The notes under the pieces are model-generated. The model was given only the letters and a program-made list of their open reading frames with translations. It had not been told where the DNA came from and made no database searches. The translations under genes and the position numbers were made by a program. A stretch of 64,000 nucleotides of DNA from positions 166,160,001 to 166,224,000 of the forward strand of contig NC_067400.1 of the NCBI RefSeq assembly GCF_016432865.1. The letters run 5' to 3'. Source of the DNA: Antechinus flavipes (taxonomy: Eukaryota). Below, in pieces: positions 1 through 9,500 of this stretch (positions within the stretch are counted from its first letter, which is position 1; each line of letters opens with the position of its first letter).

Positions 1-1208
1 ACTTTTAGTACAGGTTGCTTCAAGAGGAAGCTATTTTGTGAATTCAACAGAAAGAAACTATTTCCATATGGGAAGCTTGCTAGAGTCATTACATGCTCAG
101 ATGAGGACAGTTTTCCAATTTTCCTGACTGAATCTTTACAGATGCCCAATTCCCACTCTGTCTTATCTTCCACTTCTACTTCCCAATAGTGTTTGCCTGA
201 GGTGAAGTTCTGGCACCCCAAAACGGCAAGAACACAGTCATTTCTGTCTTTGTTGTCAGGAAGGTCCTGATGGACACTTCCATACTGAATCCTCTTCAAA
301 TCTTCAGACAGGGTGAGATGAGAATTGGCTGATTCAGCATCAAGAGTTATGTCCCTCTGGAACCTCAGGAGCACTTCTCTCAAGCATGTGATGGAGCAGG
401 TGTCCAAAAAAGGTGAAACAAGCTCTGGTTCTTGAAGTAGAAGCTCACCATTCCTTTCCAAAATGCCTTTCATATTCCGGAGCATTTCCAGAGGCGCTTT
501 GTCCAAATTCTTCTCTACTTCCAACATCATTTGTTGCAGATTCTGGATTTGTTGGGTCAGCTTGTCCTTGTTCTCCTTCATTTTGACCAGGCTGTCTCTG
601 GATTCTTGGTGTATCCTTTCCAAGTATTTATATTCTTCATCCCATAAGAAGTGGTGAATTTTCCCATATTCAGAAATTGCTGAGTGTTTCAAAGTGTATT
701 CATTCTCCTTACAGCATGCCTTACTCCTTCTCACTTGATCCAATATAGTTTCAAATTCCTTTTCTTTTATTGCTAAGACAGTCTGTGTCTCCTGGAGCTG
801 ATCCTTGCACTTGTCAGCAACTGTTTCTAAGGGAAGGACTTGGTGGTCCTTGTGCTCTGGGGCTGATAAGCAGGAATCACAGAGTAGCCTCTGATCCTCT
901 TCACAGAAGAACTTCTCTTGTTCCCCATGTTGATCACAGGTAGTCAGGCCCACCATGCTCTGCAGCAAATGAGGTCGGAGCATTTTGCCAATGATGGACA
1001 GGTTCTGCAGATGCCTGTTGGGAATCAAATCACTGTATCTCATGACTCCTCTGCACTCTGGGCAAGTGATTCTCTCCCTGCACTGGAGAAGACACTCTGC
1101 GCAAAAGCTATGGCCACATTTTACAGTCACTGGGTCAGTGAAGTAGCCCAGGCAGATGGAGCAAGTAAGATGTCCCTTGAGATTTTCAATTAAGTCTCTT
1201 GCATCCAT
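1..1208 (-). CDS. TRIML1-like: Intronless tripartite-motif E3 ligase (RING, B-box2, coiled coil, PRY/SPRY), TRIML1-like / TRIM60-75-like; 3' end runs off the left edge of the window
   Basis: Hand translation from ATG 1208 (Kozak aagaatATGG) gives 402 codons with no stop: MDARDLIENLKGHLTCSICLGYFTDPVTVKCGHSFCAECLLQCRERITCPEC (C3HC4 RING), CDQHGEQEKFFCEEDQRLLCDSCLSAPEHKDH (B-box2), coiled coil, then ITLDAESANSHLTLSEDLK and FTSGKHYWEVEVEDKTEWELGIC (PRY/SPRY). No introns. The paralog at 2820 predicts about 61 more codons (about 463 aa in total). Orthology is not established. Confidence 0.93.
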   Translation of the reverse strand, partial: MDARDLIENLKGHLTCSICLGYFTDPVTVKCGHSFCAECLLQCRERITCPECRGVMRYSDLIPNRHLQNLSIIGKMLRPHLLQSMVGLTTCDQHGEQEKFFCEEDQRLLCDSCLSAPEHKDHQVLPLETVADKCKDQLQETQTVLAIKEKEFETILDQVRRSKACCKENEYTLKHSAISEYGKIHHFLWDEEYKYLERIHQESRDSLVKMKENKDKLTQQIQNLQQMMLEVEKNLDKAPLEMLRNMKGILERNGELLLQEPELVSPFLDTCSITCLREVLLRFQRDITLDAESANSHLTLSEDLKRIQYGSVHQDLPDNKDRNDCVLAVLGCQNFTSGKHYWEVEVEDKTEWELGICKDSVRKIGKLSSSEHVMTLASFPYGNSFFLLNSQNSFLLKQPVLK

Positions 1209-1300
1209 ATTCTTTCTTCTCAGATATGTCTCTCAGGACTAGATGCTAGCTCTTACTCGAGCTCTGGCAGCAAAAGATACTAACACTGAGTTCTGTAGGT

Positions 1301-1317
1301 CTTTTTATATCCTTATC
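1301..1317 (-). promoter_or_regulatory. TATA box (TATAAAAAG) with adjacent GATAAG, about 100 nt upstream of the TRIM ATG
   Basis: The minus strand reads gataaggatataaaaagacc; TATA at 1302-1309. The spacing to the ATG fits a short unspliced 5'UTR. Confidence 0.55.
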
Positions 1318-1701
1318 TTTGCTTAGTCCCTCCCTTTACTCCACCCTCAAGAGGTGAGAACTCCTTTCTTTTCTAGGTTTAACACTAGGGCTGAGTTCTC
1401 ATCTTTCCTTCATTATAGGATTTAGTAGCAGTATCTCTTGTAGCAACATTTTTCCTCTTAGCACCCTCCAAATTGGATCATTTAACAAAATCTCTTCTCA
1501 TTTCTAAGTCTCAGGATCATCACATTTTTTACATTCTGACGTTTTGAGAGAGAAACTGGTCAAGAAAAACTCCAAAGCAGTTTCTGCTCTCCAAACTGCC
1601 TCTTTCCTTAACCAACACATATACTGAATTTTCTCACTTTCTCATTAGTCCACTGGCAGAGATAGCTTTTTCTTAATATAAATATTTTTAAAAGAGAAAC
1701 T

Positions 1702-1880
1702 CATTTCTGATTCCTTCTTAGATGTTCCACTCAGAAAGGATAAGACTAGCTCTTTCCTTAGAAGTCTACCACAAAAGATTTGAGAGCTGATTTGTTGGTG
1801 TCTTTTTTTTTTTTTTTTTTTTTTGCACCTTTCCCCTTTAAGCTCTCTTTTTACTCCTTTCTGAAAAGGTGAGAACTCCT
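1702..1880 (-). pseudogene. Diverged duplicate of the TRIM promoter, 5'UTR and ATG with no coding sequence following
   Basis: Collinear with 1206-1365. Shared blocks (plus strand): cat, ctcag, ctagctctt, caaaagat, gtcttttt, tttactcc, aggtgagaactcct. The TATA position has become a long T run. Confidence 0.7.
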
Positions 1881-2819
1881 ACAATGTAATCATCTTCAAT
1901 GGAACAGAATTTTTAGTATTTTCCATTTTCAGAATTATTGATGTCAAGATTCACAAATGGTGTTCACTCCAAAGCAAATTAAATCAGAGTTGTCTTGTCT
2001 TTCAAAACAGTAGAGATTAGATAGAAATGACAGGATTTTTAAACTGGAAACAGTGACAATATCAATACCATCTTTAGAATGTCTTCTTTGGTGTGGTAGC
2101 TGTGAGAAGAAATGGAGCAAGGTGGGAAGGGGGAGGGAGTGAGGGGAGTGGAAGGGTGGGAACAAATATATAAAAAGGGAAGGTAGTAATCAAAGGACGT
2201 TTGAGAAAATGTCAAACTATAATTTCTTGTCTTCTACTCTGTTGAGATCTTATTTATTAAAATAATACCCTTATTAATTAAATTATCAAACATTTATTTA
2301 TTTATTAAAATAATATCTTTATTTCAATATATTTCCTATATTTCCTGATTCAATAGAAATTCCTTGAGGCTACTCTGGTATTCTATTTTGTATTTCATTC
2401 AGAAAAACAGTTTTCCAAACTTATCTCCTTAGGACTTCATCCAAGAAAACAATTCTCTCTCTTACTTATTTATTTTTTCTTTTTTTATTTTATTTAAGAT
2501 TGTAAGTTTACCTCTTCATCCTTCTCTATGTGAAAATTATTGTTTCCCTTTTTATCTCCTTTCAGTCCCCTCCTGTTGCTTTTCTATCTCCCCTGTCAGC
2601 TGATCTCCAATTTAAGAGCTTGCAGATTAGGCTCCATGTTCTTTTTTTATGCCAAATATTTTTTTTAAAGTCCTTACCTCATTGGTTTTAATAAACATAC
2701 ATCATTTTATTGACAATTTCAAAAAAAAAAGTTTGCAAAAATAGAAAGTAATTTTCATTATCACTTTCAGTCACATGTACTGAGAGTCACCCTGTACAAT
2801 TAGCATCTTTGACAGCCCT

Positions 2820-3145
2820 CTACTGATCACTAATGGGACAGATAATGAGTGATCCAGGAGTATTTTCTTCATTAAGAATGACAAAAGAGAAGTAAGGGGA
2901 AAGGGACCCTTCAAAGGCTATGTTTGAGAGAATGTGGATAAGGCTTTTGTCTCTGACATCATAAAATGCTATATATCCATTTTCATAATCAAGAAAAACT
3001 CCCATTTTCAGTACAAGCTGCTTCAAGAGAAAGCCATTTTGTGAATTCAACAGAAAGAAACTAATTCCAAATGGGAAGTTTGCTAGAGTCATTACATGCT
3101 CAGATGAGGACAGTTTTCCCTTTTTTCCTGACTGAATCTTTACAG
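2820..3145 (-). pseudogene. TRIM paralog remnant: C-terminal half of SPRY only
   Basis: 3004-3145 is roughly 90% identical to 1-141, with a 1-bp insertion near 3120. Residual ORF 2820-3092 MTLANFPFG...GVFLDYENGYIAFYDV...PYFSF...LIICPISDQ*. AATAAA at 2706-2711. At 3146 it joins directly to sequence homologous to 1370-1520. Confidence 0.9.
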
Positions 3146-3322
3146 TTTCTAGGCTGAAACCCAGGGCTGAGTTCTCACCTTTCTTCTAATTGCACAATTC
3201 AGCAGTTTCATTTCTTGAGCAAATAAGTCTTTAGTTGATCTTAGTACTTGCAAATGTCTCTAGTTTTCCTATTTAATTCAGCCTTTTAGCAATAACCTAC
3301 CTCATTTCTAACTCTCAGTACC

Positions 3323-3934
3323 TGTTAGAATCCTAGTGTTAACTCAATGGAATTGATACAATGCTTATTGGTTCACACATTAGAGCAAATCCTTACAAGG
3401 TGTTAAGTCACTAGTATTGATAGAAACAATGCTTAAGTTAACACCTTTAAGAGTTCACACATTAGCTCACACATTAGTTCACATGTTTGGGAGATTTCAG
3501 TATTCAGTATGAGATTCATGAGTTTACACCTCCCATAATCCCACTCTCAGAAGAGGTGTCAACCTTTGAGTTTAAACCTCTAAAAAAGCATAAAAACAGC
3601 TGAACTCAGTCAGGAGAGTTTAGTTGAAAAGATTGAAAGGGGAGCATCAGTTGGAGATTGAGAAGCTACAAGTCGGAGTTGAGCTAAAGGGAGAAGCTGG
3701 AAGAGCTAAAAGACAAGCTGCAAGAGCTCTTGGAACCAAGGAGTGAGGTAGTCCTCTAAGAAAACCAACCAGGCTATATTGAAGGAAACAATAAAAGATT
3801 TGAACTTTTAACACCTGGCTGCATTTAGAGTGATTATTACTCTGAACCAAAACTAAGGCTACCTCCAGAAAACCTCCCCAAGAAACTTTTCCACAGAGAA
3901 CTATTATATTCTATAAAAGAAGAACAACACCACA
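3323..3934 (+). mobile_element. Solo LTR (family C), TG...CA
   Basis: Starts tgttagaatcc and ends caccaca; flanked by agtacc at 3317-3322 and 3935-3940. TATA-like gcataaaa and caataaaa are present. Homologous to 14675-15172. Confidence 0.85.
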
Positions 3935-4439
3935 AGTACCCTCACATTTCGAATGTAAAGAGATAGCAAATGATTTGGGAGAAGGCATTCATGTACAGTG
4001 TTTGGACTCATTTTTTTAAAATTGAATGTAAAGCAAAGGAAAAGGTTCTCCTTGATGCTATTATGCAGGAAGAACACAAGAAACCTTAGTCCTACATCAA
4101 GGGTTATGGAGCTGTTATTATTATAAAATAAAATCCAGGACTTTGCAAATGTGGATAAATATGTGATGTTAAAAATACTATATAGAATGATCTAATAATT
4201 TACATTGTGCCTTCAGCATCACAATATTATAGTATCTTGTGATGGTAAAACTAAAGCTAGAGTTGGAGATTATGTACTCTGTACTCCTTATACTTATATA
4301 CCTTTCAAACTATTTTATAGATATAGAAATGGAGATGCAGCAAGTAGTAACTTCCTCAAAAAGGAGCCTTAAAAGGACTCGGTAAATTAAACTAAAGTGA
4401 ATGGTTTGCAAGATGGCTTTATAGTTCTCAATGAAGATG

Positions 4440-4685
4440 GCTTTATTGTTTTCAGTTGTGTCCAACTCTTTGCAATCCTATTTGGAGTTTTCTAAACAAA
4501 GGTACTGGGATGGTTTGGCATTTCCTTCTCCAATTCATCCAACAGATAAGGAAACTGATGCAAACAGGATTAAGTGTGGACTAATGTGTGCTAATGTGTG
4601 AACTCACAGGTCAGATGTGAACTAAAGAAAATGAGTTCCTGACTTCAGGCCTGGCACTGTATTTATTGTGCCACCTAGCTGCCCT
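4440..4685 (-). mobile_element. Mar1-type CORE/RTE-tail SINE with a foreign internal segment
   Basis: gttgtgtccaactctttgcaatcc ... gataaggaaactgatgcaaacagg ... gtgccacctagctgccc matches the marsupial Mar1 consensus as I recall it. Confidence 0.75.
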
Positions 4686-7004
4686 TTATATTATCACTAT
4701 ATATTTAAACCCTCCTCACAGTGATGTGGCTGGCCTGTGGATTAGTTGCTGCTGGTTTGTATCTGGACGGTAATGATAGATTTGTAGTAACCTTTTTCAA
4801 ATCACTTAATTAAATCTTTTTTGGATTAGTTTCTAAGTTTGCTTTCTTTCTGAACTTACATACACCATTTAAGAGCAACAGTAACCTTCCTTAATCACCT
4901 CCCCCTTAAAAAAAAAATACAATTCCACCTAAAATGGCTATTGAAATTTTTAAAAATGGGAGTGAAAATTCCAGAGTCTGCCTGTTTGGTCTTTAATTGC
5001 TAACAGGCAGGTAGCCTGTTACCTCAATTTACTTCATTTGGGAAAGTGGTCTTTCCTATACCCATAATGTTGAAAATGTTTTCTAAAAACATTTGAATAT
5101 GGAACAGTAAAAACTTTAGTAAGATTTCTGATTCAAATCAGTTTTCCTAACTCGAGAGCTATTTTTGAACTTTTTTGTTCTCCTGAAACATTTAGTGCAT
5201 TGTTTATTTTTGTTAGAAAGCCCTACCCCGATGCCAAGGAATTTTCAAACATCCTGCCACCAACATCTGCACATAGAATAAAATGCTTCGGAGGGTCAGA
5301 TGAAAAAACAAATTTCCTTTGCAAAGATAATATAGTAGTGTTTCTATGAAGAGCTATAGAATTGACAAAATAAATTGTCAATTAAGTTATATCAGTAAAT
5401 CATTGTGATTGGGTCAATTGGATACAAAAGGAAGATCTAATGCCATCTATACTAGGCAAATGCATTATAAGATTTTCACATTTTATATGATTTTGTTGGT
5501 TGAGTATGGGTCATCTAGTGCCTCAAATCTCATGCTTCATAGCATACACTGTAAATTGATAAGCACTACAAACCTCCTTAGCTTTTTTCTAATAATGTAG
5601 TTTAAAAATTTTCTCAGGTAACTAAATGTTTCAATCACCAGAAATAGACGTTTGCAAGAGTAGCTGAATCATAGAACACATTGCAGTACATAGCAAGCCA
5701 GTTTGGCTTGTTTCAACTAGCCTTATTCTTGCAGTCTCCTCCCTTTGCCTTGATACACTGCAGCTGAATCAATCAGGAGGAAATTTGGATGGACTGGCAC
5801 AATGGCTAGAAATATCTTTTCCATTGTGCAGTTGTTCTGCTACGTTTAGATACAGCCTATGCCTTCAGAGCCAATGCAATGCTTGCTACAATCTTCTCCC
5901 GGGGTGATTCAGGCTAATTAAAATGCTCTGGGGGAGGAAAGATGAAAAAAAAAAAAAAATCAATTTCAGCTAGCACTGAAAAGACTTCCAGCCACTCAGC
6001 TACATTTCTGAGCCATTCACAGTACAAGAAATGTTGCCTATTAGGAAAACTTGTGGGCTGCACTTGTTTGGAAATGCCAAAGAAAGAATTCTCTTAAAAA
6101 GTGCTTAATAACACATTGTAATATTATTTCTACAGCAAGTCTTCTGGCGTGTAGGAGTACTGGAAATGAGCCAGACCATTGATGTTGGCATACTGATAAG
6201 AATTTGGCTGAATGTCCCTGTTTTGTGGCCTTAGAAAGAAGACTTTGCACCATTGAGAAGACCTGATAATTGTTAAATCTCTAAGTAATTTCCTGAATGT
6301 GTATGTTGCTTAATTTAATCTTTTTTTCCTTGAATGAAGATGAGCATTACCTGAAAGGATCCCCTTCCCCCCTTCCTTTCTGAAATAAGACATATATTTA
6401 CTTGGTGATTCCTTCTTAGAGTTTTCAGATTTTCAGAGGGTAAAGAAATGAAGATAAATGCAGGGGAAGGGTGATTTGGATGAAACAATGAATGGGGCTT
6501 TAACATTATTTATTTATGAGACTTGAGTACACCTCAGATTTTATTATGAACAGCACTCCCCATTAAAAAAAAAAAAATACTCTCTGGAAGAAATTAGTAC
6601 TTTCTCTGCAATTTATAGACTTAGTTGAATTGAGCCACAAATAAGTTTAGTGACTTGGCCAGAGTCATCAGCCACATATGTCAGAGATGGAACAAAGCAT
6701 TCTTAATAATGAGGCTTGATCTCTATCCATCATACTCCCTCCCCTAGGGAAGGACAGATGAAAAAATACTTACATCAAAAATACTTATCGGTGTTTGTTT
6801 TTTCTGATTGCTATTTATTAAAATGAATGCAGAGTCTTAGAAGACAGTTGATGCTTTTAAGAAATAACTAATAAATCCAGGTAATCCATCAAATATATAT
6901 GTAAGCAACATATTTAGAAGTTTCACATTTAATTTATCAGAGTATAACTTCTCTTAAAAAATCAGAGGATGTTAGAATTTTCAGGGACATTGGAGATCAC
7001 CTAT

Positions 7005-7175
7005 CTCAGAAATTCTTAACCATTTTTGGATTATAGACTCTTAATTATCTGTGAAGCCTATAGAGACTTTCTCAGAATAATGTTTTTAAATGTATAAAAT
7101 AAAATGCCTGAGGTGATGAAGAAAATTATATTGAAAGAAAATTATTAAAATATTAAAAAAAATTCACTGATCCCA
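7005..7175. mobile_element. hAT/Charlie-type non-autonomous DNA transposon relic inside a MIR
   Basis: ttcttaaccattttt...gtgaagcctat...ctcagaataatgtttttaaatgtataaaataaaat; a related copy lies at about 56715-56890. Confidence 0.5.
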
Positions 7176-8048
7176 ATCTAACCTAAAGCCCTCATTTTGT
7201 AGATCAGTAAACTGAGTCTTAGAGGAGTCATTCGACTCATCTGTGGTCACACAGGTAGTAAAGGACCAAAGTCAGAACTCAAATGAAATCATTTGATACT
7301 CATATCCAGTGTTTCTCCCCTGTATCTTGCTACCTCATCAACCCCATATTCTTGCTGTATTCCCTACCTTTCTTTCTTCCTTGCTCTTTTGCCCAGTACT
7401 GTCTGAGAATGTTCCATCAACTGGAAGAGAAAATACTTAAGAATGAGCAAGTCCAGTCCTTATCTTACTGGTACGGCCTGTCCCACAGGTGCAGTTGAAA
7501 GTACATACAAAACTAGAGTTATGAGGGAAGAGGAGAGAACACACTTCTGAAGTTCTCTCTCCCTTCATCACTCTCCCAGGAGTCCTTCCCCAATTCCTTT
7601 GATGAAATGCCCAGAGAAGACACTCCTCTGAAGTGTAGCTGAGTCTTATTTCAGTCCTATGTGTATACAAAGACCCCATTAGCACCTAGAAGTCGCCATT
7701 ACTACTTGGCCTAAATGAGAAAAGTAGAGAGAGCTTTTTAAATATTGAGAGAGGAAAAGGAAGGTAAATTAGAGCCAAAGATGCACAGAATTGAAAAAAA
7801 CAAGAGGAGATGGGGAAGCCAGCCTATGAATAAATCTGCCTGGGCAGATGGGACAGAAAACATTTATTAAGAACTTGCTATGTGCTAAATAATGTGCTAA
7901 GAACTGGGGTAACAAGGAGGAAAGCAAAACAATCTCTGTTCTCAAGGAATTTGAATTTGAATAGAAGGCAACAAATATCTTAAGTTCGATATGGAACTCA
8001 GGCCCAATGATTCTTAGGGACAGGAACATCAAGAGAATTAATGGAAAA

Positions 8049-9500
8049 AAAAAATACAAAGGATGGCAGCTTAGAAGTACCAAACCTAAAGTTATATTAT
8101 AAAGCATCATCATCAAAACCATTTGGTATTGGCTAAGAAATAGAGTGGTGGATGAGTAGAATAGATTAGATACACATGACACAAAAATCAAGGCTTGTAG
8201 CAATCTAATATTTCATAATTCCCCACAATCTAGCTTCTGGAATAAGAACTCTGTATTTGACAAAAATTGTTGGGAAAACTGAAAAATATGTCAGAAACTA
8301 GGCATAGATCTACATCTCTCACCCCAAACCAAAATAAAGTCAAAATGGATACATGATTTGTGCATAAAGAATGATACCATAAATAAATTAGGAAAACAAG
8401 GGATAATATATCTATTAGATCTTTGGAGAAGGGAGAAATTTATGACCAAAGAAGAACTAGAGAACATCATGAAAAGTAAAATGGACAACTTTGATTACAT
8501 TAAACTAAAAAGTTTTTGCGCAAACAAAACCAAAAGAAACAAAGCTAAAAAGGGAAGTACAAAACTGGGGAAAAAAATCTCTATAGCCAATATTTCTGAT
8601 ACAGATCTCATTTCTAAAATATATGAATAATTTGTCAAATTTCTAAGAATACAAGTCATTTCCCAATTGATAAGTGGTCAAAGTATATGAACAGATAATT
8701 TTCAGATGACGAAATTAAAGCCATCTATATTCATATGAAAAAATGCTTTAAATTACTATTGATTAGAGAAATGCAAGCCAAAATAACTCTGAGATATCAC
8801 CTCATATCTCTCAGATTGGCTAAGATGACAGGAAAAGATAATGATAAATGTCAGAGATGATGTGGAATAACTGGGACACTATTGCATTGTTGATGGAGTT
8901 GTGAACTGATCCAATCATTGTGGAGAGCAATCTGGAACTATGCCTGAAAGGCTATCAAACTGTTTATACCCTTTGATTCAGCAGTGGCACTACTGGATCT
9001 GTTTCCCAAAGAGACCATAAAAGAGGAAAAAGGAACCATATGTGCAAAAATGTTTGCAGCAATTCTTTTTGTGGTAGCAAAGAATTGGAAAATGAGTAAG
9101 TGCCCATCAATTGGGGAATAGCTGAACAAGTTATAGAATATGAAAGTAATGGAATATTATTATTCTATAAAAAATGATGAACAAGCTATTTTTAGACAGG
9201 CCTGAAAAGATTTATATGAACTGATGCTGAGTGAGACAAGTAGAACCAGAAGTACAGTATACACAATAACAGCTGGAATATGCTATGATCAGCTATTAGA
9301 GATTTGATTCTTCTCAGTGGTTCAGTGATTCAAAGCAATCTCAATAGACTTTGGCAAGAGAATGCCATCTGCATCCAGAAAAAGAACTAAGGAGACTGAA
9401 TGTAAATCGACACATGCTATGTTTACTTCTATTTTTTCTGTTTTTTATTTCATGATTCATAAAGCAATATGTGTTAAAATTAATTAATTAAAAATAAATT
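8049..9500 (+). mobile_element. 5'-truncated L1 (ORF2 3' end and 3'UTR)
   Basis: ORF2-like peptides (...NKLGKQGIIYLLDLWRREKFMTKEELENIMKSKMDNFDYIKLKSFC...), then a marsupial L1 3'UTR and A-rich tail. Several stops and frameshifts. Confidence 0.9.

Noticed and set aside
463-1193. Plus-strand ORFs 463-657 and 918-1193
   Set aside because: Antisense shadows of the TRIM coding sequence.
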